Source of the DNA: a candidate division WOR-3 bacterium
GTDB taxonomy: Bacteria > SDB-A
Length of the DNA stretch: 53,937 nucleotides
Assembly: GCA_016929715.1 (NCBI GenBank)
Contig: JAFGIG010000114.1
Location: 1-53,937, forward strand
Reading direction: 5' to 3'
The notes under the pieces were generated by a model. It was not told where the DNA came from, did not search any database, and worked only from the letters and a program-made list of their open reading frames with translations. This document shows, piece by piece, positions 45,370 through 53,937 of this stretch. The first letter of the stretch is position 1. Every line of letters starts with the position of its first letter. Position numbers and translations under genes: made by a program.

Positions 45370-46264
45370 CTACGGCTCTCTGGATGAAAAGATGCAGGAA
45401 TTGGGCGGATTCGGGGAAGCCGGGTCCTGGAATCAGTATCTTTTCGTCGAAGCATATATGCACGCAACCCCTCCTGACAGCTTTAATCCCGGGATAAACT
45501 TTTTCCCAGCGGCTTACAAGACTGAGAGAGTCGTATTTTTCAGGAGTATTTGTCGGCCTGAATTCTATGATGATGTCAGGATCGAGCAAAAGAACGGCTT
45601 CTTTAGATATCTCGGGATACAAAACAGCGTTGACTCCGACGGCATTTTCTCCTCCGGCTATGCCTATTATCTCGCCCAGAAAAGTTTCAGAACTTGCAGA
45701 CATGAAATTCTCAGGAGATGAAACGTCGGAGGTTATTGCCAAAAGGACTTTTGGACGCGGGATAAAGCCGGAAGGTGAAATCGCTCTTAATTCTTGTCTG
45801 ATTTTTTCTGAAAGTTTAAGACCTTCGCCTTCGGCAGAAAGAAGAGAAGAAATTTCGGATATTGCGTTTAATATATCCTGGGTGTCTTCCACGCTGAAAC
45901 CGATTGTTTTGACAGAATATTCTGAAAGAAAATCATTCAGACGCGTGGGGTCTCCCGCGACGAGAACAAGATCGGGTTCAAGTAAAGTTATCAGTTCGAG
46001 ATTAGGATCGAGAATACCTCCGACTCTCGCGGCGTCTTTACGGGCGAGGCTTTTGTCGGACCAGCTGTCTATGCCGACAATTTTTTCAGAGAAACCGAGC
46101 GAGGAGACTATTTGAACCAGATTGGGACCGAGTATGATTATTCTGTCGTAGTTTTTTTCGTTTTTTTCTTTTGCAGAACCGTCACGGCAGGAGAAAAGAC
46201 AGAAAACCATAAACCACGGTAAAAGAGATACAGCGAAGACTGAAAGAGATTTTTCCCTGGTCAC
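45356..46264 (-). CDS. Periplasmic binding protein (BtuF/FhuD-like, PF01497 type) lipoprotein
   Basis: Lipobox LFSC, then RIIILGPNLVQIVSSLGFSEKIVGID, the typical N-lobe pattern. Confidence 0.75.
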   Translation of the reverse strand: MTREKSLSVFAVSLLPWFMVFCLFSCRDGSAKEKNEKNYDRIIILGPNLVQIVSSLGFSEKIVGIDSWSDKSLARKDAARVGGILDPNLELITLLEPDLVLVAGDPTRLNDFLSEYSVKTIGFSVEDTQDILNAISEISSLLSAEGEGLKLSEKIRQELRAISPSGFIPRPKVLLAITSDVSSPENFMSASSETFLGEIIGIAGGENAVGVNAVLYPEISKEAVLLLDPDIIIEFRPTNTPEKYDSLSLVSRWEKVYPGIKAVRRGCVHICFDEKILIPGPGFPESAQFLHLFIQRAVDAED

Positions 46265-46791
46265 ATTTCTATACCGGTTCTCGCCTTGACGCCTTCACTG
46301 AAATAGTGCTTCACTTCTTCCATAACGGTAACGAGGTCGGCTCTTTTAATGAATTCTTCCGGAGCGTATCTTCCCGTGAAAAGAAGTTCGGTTTTGTAGG
46401 GTCTTTCCTCAATAAGAGAAATAACCTTGGGTATTTCTATCAGGCCGAAATGCGCGGCAATGTTGATTTCGTCAAGTATGAAAAGGTCGAAAGATTTGGT
46501 TAAAATTTTTTCCTTTGCTATTTCAAGTCCAGTTGCGGCTCTTTTATAATCCTCTGCTGATGGAGCAGAAAGATCTATAAAGTCCCTTCCGCCGTATAAC
46601 TCGAAAAAAATCGAATCCTCGAACCTCTCAAGAGAAGTATGTTCTGAATATCTGAGCCCTTTTAGAAAATGGCCGATATAAATTTTTAGACCGGCTCCCG
46701 CGGCTCGCAGGGCGAGTCCTATCGCCGCCGTTGTCTTTCCTTTGCCGTTGCCTGTGTAAATCTGAAAAAGACCTTTTGCCATATCTTTCAA
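46261..46791 (-). CDS. cobO: Cob(I)yrinic acid a,c-diamide adenosyltransferase
   Basis: GLFQIYTGNGKGKTTAAIGLALRAAGAG...FILDEINIA, the CobA/CobO/BtuR pattern. ATGA overlap with the binding-protein gene. Confidence 0.85.
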   Translation of the reverse strand: MKDMAKGLFQIYTGNGKGKTTAAIGLALRAAGAGLKIYIGHFLKGLRYSEHTSLERFEDSIFFELYGGRDFIDLSAPSAEDYKRAATGLEIAKEKILTKSFDLFILDEINIAAHFGLIEIPKVISLIEERPYKTELLFTGRYAPEEFIKRADLVTVMEEVKHYFSEGVKARTGIEM

Positions 46792-46805
46792 TGGATACCG
46801 ACCTT

Positions 46806-48278
46806 TCAGCGGTTTTGACAGGGCAAAGAGTTTCTCGTCATATCACGGTAGAGGTTGTGATATTGTATTACTCTGTGTTCCCAGGAATGATTTTCGAGCA
46901 TGCCGTTTTTAAGGACTCTTTTCCATAGGGCTTTGTCTCTTTCGAAAAGAGTCAGCGCCTTGACGAGAGCGGAAGTGAACTCGATATCCGAAAACGGAGT
47001 GAATTTAACGCCGTTGCCGGTTCCGGTGACAGGGTCGAAGTTTTTAACGGTGTCGTCGAGCCCTCCTGTCGCGTGGACTACTGGAAAAGTTCCGTATTTC
47101 AGTGCGAACATCTGCGTCAAGCCGCAGGGTTCGTATCTGCTGGGGACCATAAAAATATCGCAACCCGCAATTATCTGATGAGACAGAGATTCGTCAAAGG
47201 CTTTAATGAATTTGAAATTGTGACAGCGCCGGGATATGTTTTCGAGCTGATTTTCTATTTGAGGATCTCCGGTTCCGAGAATAACCATCTGCAGGTCGTT
47301 TGAAAGGATACCCGGCAGAACGCTCGCCACCATATCGTATCCTTTTTGGTGAGCTATTCTCGATATTCCGCCGATGAGAGGGATGTCGGGGTCAGGAGGA
47401 AAATTCATTTTGTTCTGAAGATTTTTTTTGCAGTTTGTTTTTTCTTCAAGGTCTTCGGGTCCGTAATGACAGCAGAGAAAAGGATCCGTCATGGGATTCC
47501 AGTGGGAATCGTCTATGCCGTTGAGTATTCCTGCGAGTTTGTTTCTCTTTTCTTTTATAAGGCTGTTCAGTCCGAAACCCAATTCAGGAGTCTGAATTTC
47601 AGAAGCGTATCTCGGGCTGACGGTTGTCAGGAAATCTGAAAATATTATGCCGGATTTAATAAGTGACATGTTCTGGTAAAATTCCAAGCCGGATGTCGAT
47701 GCCAGATCTGGGGGCAGTCCGGTGAGGTGAAAGTTGGACATGGCATAGTTTCCCTGATATCCGATGTTGTGGATAGTAAAAACAGTTTTCGCTTCTTTAA
47801 GTGTGGAAGGTTTGGAGAAACCGGTTTTAATGAGAGCCGGAATCAGGCCGGTCTGCCAGTCATGGCAGTGGATTATGTCAACGTCGAAATCGAAATATTT
47901 GGTCATCTGAACGGTGGCGTTGCAGAAAAATATAAACCTTTCTGCGTTGTCGGGATAGTCAACGTTGTTTTCGTTATAGAGCTCTGGCCTGTCGAAATAT
48001 CCCTTTTGATCTACGAAGTAGAACCTCACAGATGAAGATTCCTCGATGAATTTTAATATTCTGCAAGTGACAGTTTTGTCTCCGCATATTACTTTGAAGT
48101 CTTCGGCGTGGATTTCCGTGTCGAGATTTTTTTCTCTGGTGCATCTGTAATAGGGCAGGACGACTCTTACGTCATGGCCGAGTTTGGCAAGGTGCCTCGA
48201 TAGGTCCCCGACCATGTCGGCGAGGCCGCCTGTTTTGGAATAGGGATATGCTTCAGAAGAGACTGTCAGAATGTGCAT
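46806..48278 (-). CDS. glgA: Glycogen synthase (ADP-glucose type)
   Basis: MHILTVSSEAYPYSKTGGLADMVG (KTGGL motif). GT5/GT1 two-domain pattern over 490 aa. Confidence 0.9.
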   Translation of the reverse strand: MHILTVSSEAYPYSKTGGLADMVGDLSRHLAKLGHDVRVVLPYYRCTREKNLDTEIHAEDFKVICGDKTVTCRILKFIEESSSVRFYFVDQKGYFDRPELYNENNVDYPDNAERFIFFCNATVQMTKYFDFDVDIIHCHDWQTGLIPALIKTGFSKPSTLKEAKTVFTIHNIGYQGNYAMSNFHLTGLPPDLASTSGLEFYQNMSLIKSGIIFSDFLTTVSPRYASEIQTPELGFGLNSLIKEKRNKLAGILNGIDDSHWNPMTDPFLCCHYGPEDLEEKTNCKKNLQNKMNFPPDPDIPLIGGISRIAHQKGYDMVASVLPGILSNDLQMVILGTGDPQIENQLENISRRCHNFKFIKAFDESLSHQIIAGCDIFMVPSRYEPCGLTQMFALKYGTFPVVHATGGLDDTVKNFDPVTGTGNGVKFTPFSDIEFTSALVKALTLFERDKALWKRVLKNGMLENHSWEHRVIQYHNLYRDMTRNSLPCQNR

Positions 48279-48529
48279 CAGACTTCAGCGCCTTTTTTAG
48301 GACAGGATTCGCATTTGGTCTCTTTTTTCTCGCAGGATTTTGCCGGTTTATCTTTGTAATCTGTCTTGTAGAATCCCGATCCCTTGAAAATAAAACCGAT
48401 TCCCGACGAAATAATCTTTTTCGCCGCAGCTCCGCAGAAAGGGCATTGGATTTCTGATGAAGAGTTGAAATCCCGCAGAAGCTCGAAACTCTTCCCGCAT
48501 TTAACGCATTCGTATTCATAAAGCGGCAT
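48278..48529 (-). CDS. FmdB-family zinc-ribbon protein
   Basis: MPLYEYECVKCGKSFE...CPFCG. AAGGAG Shine-Dalgarno upstream. The stop overlaps the glgA ATG (TGATG). Confidence 0.8.
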   Translation of the reverse strand: MPLYEYECVKCGKSFELLRDFNSSSEIQCPFCGAAAKKIISSGIGFIFKGSGFYKTDYKDKPAKSCEKKETKCESCPKKGAEV

Positions 48530-48629
48530 AAAATTACTCCTTTTAGATAATCAATATTCGGATACCGAAAAATCGTGATCAGTATTTTTCAATGATATGC
48601 CAAAAAGTTTTTTAACAAAAGAAAAAAAT

Positions 48630-48661
48630 TACAAAAAAAAAAAGGGGGCGAAGCCCCCTTT
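48630..48661 (-). terminator. Rho-independent terminator of groESL
   Basis: On the reverse strand AAGGGGGC-TTC-GCCCCCTT (8-bp GC-rich stem) is followed immediately by a T10 run. It starts 3 nt after the groEL stop. Confidence 0.8.
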
Positions 48662-48663
48662 GA

Positions 48664-50304
<1,641 letters not shown>

Positions 50305-50316
50305 TTATACCTCCGT

Positions 50317-50604
50317 TTATCCTTGTATTACAGCGAGAATTTCGTCTTCGTTGAGAATTAGGTAATCTTTGTCGTCAACTGAGATTTCGGTTCCGGCGTA
50401 TTTGCCGAAGAGGATTACATCGCCTTCTTTAACAGGCATGGGGTCCTCATCCTTTTTTGTGAGCTGTGCGACTGATATGACCTTGCCTTTCTGCGGCTTT
50501 TCCTTAGCCGTGTCGGGAATTATTATCCCGCCCTTTTTTACTTCCTGTTCGTCTGTTCTTTCGACGATGACTTTCCTGTTGACAGGAACTAGCTTAGCTG
50601 CCAT
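50317..50604 (-). CDS. groS: Co-chaperonin GroES
   Basis: ...[41 protein letters not shown]...KYAGTEI. I chose the second ATG (50604) because AGGAGG lies 8 nt upstream of it and only 2 nt from the first ATG (50610). Confidence 0.93.
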   Translation of the reverse strand: MAAKLVPVNRKVIVERTDEQEVKKGGIIIPDTAKEKPQKGKVISVAQLTKKDEDPMPVKEGDVILFGKYAGTEISVDDKDYLILNEDEILAVIQG

Positions 50605-50660
50605 AGACATGACCTCCTTTTAGAATTAACAGCAAATGGTAAAAAGTTTCTTTATGCTTA

Positions 50661-50688
50661 AAGATATACAGAAAAATCCGATTGTCAA
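50661..50688 (-). promoter_or_regulatory. Candidate groESL promoter (TTGACA with TATATC/TATCTT -10)
   Basis: The reverse strand reads CTTGACA-atcggatttttctg-TATATCTT. The -35 is perfect and the spacer is 14-16 nt depending on which -10 hexamer is used. About 50 nt upstream of the Shine-Dalgarno. Confidence 0.4.
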
Positions 50689-50862
50689 GACCGGCAATTT
50701 GCCATAAAAAATCCGTGTTTTTGTATAATGCAAAAGATAAAATGTAATTTAAGCCTCGATATTACATATTATTTTGCGTATATTACGTAAAACAGTGATA
50801 ATTTAGTAAAATGCAATATATGGCATTGATATTGCTAATTTTATATTAGATTCAAGGAGGGA

Positions 50863-51351
50863 ATGATGAAAAAAATATGTTCTAAGGGCACTATTGTCCT
50901 GAGGATCGCTCTGACTTTATTGTTTCTTGTGCCGACTGTAGTTATTGGTGACATAGTCTTCAATGACGGTCTTTTTTTCAAAAATGCCGCCTCTTCAAAT
51001 CTTTTCGGCGTAAGAAACTCCGATGACCAATACATGTCGATAAACCTGGACAGGACGAGGTATCTCGAATCCATCGTCATAACAAACGCCTATATGATCC
51101 AGAAAGCCGCGGAAGAGTATGCGTATATGAACAGTGGAAATTATCCCTATAGTTTTTGTGATTTAACTTTACCGCCATCTTTGATAAACCCTTTTGATTT
51201 TTCTTACCCAGTTTATGATGGTTCTTCACCCATTGAAGGAGCGGTGGGATATTGTCATTCATATTATTCTCCAAGCACTTACACAATCGTCGGTGCCGGC
51301 AAAAACGGAAGAATTATTATAACTCTCCACAGTTCATACAACTCGAATTAG
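50863..51351 (+). CDS. Hypothetical protein with N-terminal hydrophobic anchor
   Basis: AAGGAGG Shine-Dalgarno; the second ATG (50866) has better spacing. N-terminal TM/signal IVLRIALTLLFLVPTVVIG. The mid-region NAYMIQKAAEEYAYMNSGNYPYSF vaguely resembles pilin-like proteins. Confidence 0.45.
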   Translation: MMKKICSKGTIVLRIALTLLFLVPTVVIGDIVFNDGLFFKNAASSNLFGVRNSDDQYMSINLDRTRYLESIVITNAYMIQKAAEEYAYMNSGNYPYSFCDLTLPPSLINPFDFSYPVYDGSSPIEGAVGYCHSYYSPSTYTIVGAGKNGRIIITLHSSYNSN

Positions 51352-51359
51352 GGGGAAAC

Positions 51360-53882
51360 ATGTCAAAGAAAGTCACATTTTCAATTCTGCTGATTATATC
51401 AGCAATAAACATGTATCCTCACAACGGAATATTTCAAACGAGGTATGATGTCTATGGAGATTCTGATTTTTATCAGGTTAGATACAGGGATATTTATTTT
51501 AGAGTTCAAGACATAGACAGCGACCAATTAGCTGATGTCATAATGATAAATCCTTTATCCGGAAAATTTACATTTCTCATCAACCAGGGGAATTTTGATT
51601 TTACAAGACACGAATTCAATTACCCCAGAGGCGTCAGATTTGCTGATGTTGGAGACATAGACAATGACAGTGATCTGGATATTATTCTTGTCCCTTTTAT
51701 AAAAAATTACTGGGATGAAAGGGATAGCATTTTTATCTACATAAACTACGGCAATTACAATTTCAGTTATGGATCTTGTATTACAGATACCTTAATCTAT
51801 ATTTGTGGAATCAAACTCGGAGACCTGGACAACGATGGTGACAATGACATTTTTTCCATAGCTTATCCAGAAAGGTTTTTTACATACAAAAACGACGGAA
51901 CAGGTCAATTTAATTTCTATGATTCTTTAATTATAGATCAATTATGGTTATCAATAATCGATATCGAAATTGCTGATTTAACTCAAGACCCGTATGATGA
52001 TGTATTATTTTATAATTTCGGTTGCACTCCAAACGGATTATTTGTTTTAAGGAACAATGGATCAGGATCTTTTACAGTAGATTCTTTTTATGAATTCTCT
52101 TATCCCTATCATGACAATGTTATAAAGGTAACGAATGCCGACGGCGACGGAGACAATGATGTGTTTCTCCATGGATTCTTCAGTGATGAGTTGATATACA
52201 TGATAAACAACGGAAACGGAAAGTTCACTTCAACGGAGTATTTCAGCTTTAATTTTTATACAAAGGATTTTTATATATCTCCTCTGATGAACGATTTCAC
52301 AAGATTTTATTTTACAATGACTTCTGAAGAGGATTATAACAGTTACAATAGAAAAATTTACCTCTTTAAAAACTATCTCTTAGACCCAATGACTCTTTTC
52401 GGCGATTTTGTCTCCTGTGACTTTCCTATAAAGTTAGGGGGAGGAGATTTCGACGGCGACGAAGACATAGATTACTGCGTCGTTAATTTCAAATCTGGAT
52501 TGCTGTCTATTATTCAAAACAGAGGAGACGGGAAATTCGTCAAACCTCCCCAGTATCATACAGGTCTTTATCCCCAGAGCATCGTCGCCCGGGATTTTGA
52601 CGGAGACGGGGACAACGATGTTGCGACAGCAAACGGAGGTTCAGACGACTTCACAGTGTTGTTCAACGACGGTCAGGGCGGGTTTTTCAACAGGCTTTCC
52701 TATAACTGCGATTCTTCACCCAACGGTATTTGCGCGGGGGATTTTGACGGAGACGGTGATGAGGATATAGCTGTTGTAAATTACTCCTCCGATAATATAA
52801 GCGTATTCTCAAACAGCGGTTTTGGAACGTTTTCACTGTCTCAGACCCTGACGTTCGGTGCAGGCCATACCAATCCTTTCGGTGTGGAATGCGCAGACCT
52901 CAACGGGGATGGTTATTTGGACATTGCCGCGTCTTTTCAGACCAGTTCTGAGATCTGTGTTATGATTAACGACGGAAACGGAAATTTTACAGTGGACACA
53001 TTTTATGGGTCAGGCCAGTGGCCCTGTGATCTTGTCCTTGAGGATATTGACGGAGACTGCTTTATTGACATACTCGTAGTCGAGGAGTTTTCAAACAAGG
53101 TCAGCATATTCGCCAATGACGGGCAGGGTGTGTTTACGTTATCGGATTCTCTGACGGGTCTCTGCAATCCCACAGGACTCGCAGTGTATGATTTTGACGG
53201 AGACTCTCTGAAAGACGCGGCGGTTGCAAACGCCTATTCCAATTCAATAAAAATCTTCAAGAACCTCGGTTCTGGAGGATTTACGGAGTGTTTCAGTGTC
53301 AGGACGGGGTATGAGCCCTGGGGGATAGAATACGCGGATGTTGACGGGGACGGTTTTAAGGATCTTTTGACCGTCAACTTCAAAACCAACAACTTGGCGG
53401 TGCATTATGGCGATGGAAGTATGACGTTTTCAGAAGCAGAGTTCTACGGAGTTGACAGCGCACCCTCCTGTATGGTCCTGGCTGATTTCAACGGCAACGG
53501 CGGAGCGGATATTGTCACTGGTCACTATGCAAGTGATAAAATTTCTGTTCTGTTGAGCGATGTGACGACGGGTGTGGGTGAGACACCGGGGATAGATCAT
53601 GGAACCGGGAGTATTTCGTTGGAATTGATGTCCCCGAATATCGCACCGGAGTGGTTTGACATTGAGCTCGTTCTTTCTAATGACGCAGAAGTAACAATCG
53701 AGATATACAATATTCTGGGTCAAAAAATCAAAACTCTAGTCAGAGGAAATCTTTCATTTGGAACCCACGCATTCAGGTGGCTGGGAGAGGATGAGAAAAA
53801 CGAGAGAGTGTCGAATGGTATGTATTTTATCCTTATGAGATCAGGAAATACGACTCAAATAAAAAAGATAGGACTGATGTGA
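51360..53882 (+). CDS. FG-GAP/VCBS-repeat protein with C-terminal T9SS sorting domain
   Basis: I chose the ATG at 51360 (GGGGGA Shine-Dalgarno; MSKKVTFSILLIISAINM signal) over 51252. More than 10 FG-GAP-like units (GDFDGDGDNDVA, GDFDGDGDEDIAVVN, DLNGDGYLDIA, DIDGDCFIDIL, DFDGDSLKDAAV, DVDGDGFKDLL, DFNGNGGADIV). C-terminal ...VTIEIYNILGQKIKTLV...GTHAFRW...VSNGMYFILM. Confidence 0.8.
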   Translation: MSKKVTFSILLIISAINMYPHNGIFQTRYDVYGDSDFYQVRYRDIYFRVQDIDSDQLADVIMINPLSGKFTFLINQGNFDFTRHEFNYPRGVRFADVGDIDNDSDLDIILVPFIKNYWDERDSIFIYINYGNYNFSYGSCITDTLIYICGIKLGDLDNDGDNDIFSIAYPERFFTYKNDGTGQFNFYDSLIIDQLWLSIIDIEIADLTQDPYDDVLFYNFGCTPNGLFVLRNNGSGSFTVDSFYEFSYPYHDNVIKVTNADGDGDNDVFLHGFFSDELIYMINNGNGKFTSTEYFSFNFYTKDFYISPLMNDFTRFYFTMTSEEDYNSYNRKIYLFKNYLLDPMTLFGDFVSCDFPIKLGGGDFDGDEDIDYCVVNFKSGLLSIIQNRGDGKFVKPPQYHTGLYPQSIVARDFDGDGDNDVATANGGSDDFTVLFNDGQGGFFNRLSYNCDSSPNGICAGDFDGDGDEDIAVVNYSSDNISVFSNSGFGTFSLSQTLTFGAGHTNPFGVECADLNGDGYLDIAASFQTSSEICVMINDGNGNFTVDTFYGSGQWPCDLVLEDIDGDCFIDILVVEEFSNKVSIFANDGQGVFTLSDSLTGLCNPTGLAVYDFDGDSLKDAAVANAYSNSIKIFKNLGSGGFTECFSVRTGYEPWGIEYADVDGDGFKDLLTVNFKTNNLAVHYGDGSMTFSEAEFYGVDSAPSCMVLADFNGNGGADIVTGHYASDKISVLLSDVTTGVGETPGIDHGTGSISLELMSPNIAPEWFDIELVLSNDAEVTIEIYNILGQKIKTLVRGNLSFGTHAFRWLGEDEKNERVSNGMYFILMRSGNTTQIKKIGLM

Positions 53883-53888
53883 AATTCT

Positions 53889-53917
53889 TTTGTTTTTTCT
53901 ACGAAAACAAAATTTTA
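53889..53917 (+). terminator. Weak A/U-rich hairpin plus T-run after the FG-GAP gene
   Basis: TTTTGTTTT-N7-AAAACAAAA followed by TTTT. The stem is almost entirely A-T, so its stability is low. Confidence 0.3.
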
Positions 53918-53937
53918 TTGCACAATATTGCGTTGCA

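Noticed and set aside
48248-48519. ORFs 48248-48457 (+) and 48253-48519 (-) overlapping the FmdB gene.
   Set aside because: The 48278-48529 frame carries the diagnostic MPLYEYEC..CG / CPFCG zinc-ribbon motifs and a Shine-Dalgarno. The other frames are Arg/Ser-rich shadows.
48530-48663. Possible cobalamin riboswitch or other leader upstream of the fmdB-glgA-cobO-btu operon.
   Set aside because: The region is only about 130 nt and is AT-rich. It lacks the B12-box core and is largely occupied by the groEL terminator. A covariance-model scan would be the decisive test.
50605-50862. CIRCE (HrcA operator) upstream of groES.
   Set aside because: No TTAGCACTC/GAGTGCTAA half-sites or close variants were seen on either strand.

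Overview
This 53.9-kb window is a densely packed chromosomal segment with about 55 genes and almost no non-coding DNA. It comes from a diderm bacterium: Lnt, an LptE-like lipoprotein, TolQR/ExbBD-type genes and three proteins with C-terminal T9SS (Por) sorting domains all point to an FCB-superphylum-like, probably uncultured lineage. All calls rest on reading motifs in the ORF translations and the DNA by eye; no searches were run.

Housekeeping content I recognise confidently:
- RNA genes: tRNA-Thr(CGT) and tRNA-Arg(CCG).
- Metabolism and translation: lipA, purF, fmt, alr, lpdA, glgA and L-asparaginase.
- Envelope and transport: yajC, a membrane pyrophosphatase (hppA), a CDF transporter, an L,D-transpeptidase, lnt, and a cobO plus FecCD-type (B12/iron-type) ABC importer.
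- Chaperones and DNA binding: groES-groEL with a clear intrinsic terminator, and an HU/IHF protein.
- I saw no CRISPR array, transposase, integrase or prophage genes.

The most interesting region is a co-directional array at about 32.1-41.7 kb.
- It encodes a beta-rich envelope protein, two TPR proteins, a small membrane protein, one TolQ/ExbB and two TolR/ExbD paralogues. One ExbD paralogue lacks the conserved transmembrane Asp.
- It ends with a 617-aa protein built as FHA-like, TM helix, Gly/Ser-rich linker and AgmX/PglI-type TonB-like C-terminus.
- This parts list matches the Agl/Glt (myxobacterial gliding-motor) core rather than a textbook TonB or Tol-Pal locus.
- A REC-PATAN regulator with a degenerate Ras-like tail lies just upstream.

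Other items worth a second look:
- An arnD-like / B12-radical-SAM / DUF2723 (GT-C) / histidine-kinase operon that follows tRNA-Arg directly.
- An unannotated 31-aa hyper-basic ORF (bS22/AURKAIP1-COX24-like) between HU and tRNA-Arg.
- Two T9SS cargo genes with no canonical start codon ahead of their signal peptide. One abuts tRNA-Thr; the other carries a U_UUU_UUA heptamer.
- Two candidate leaderless transcripts.
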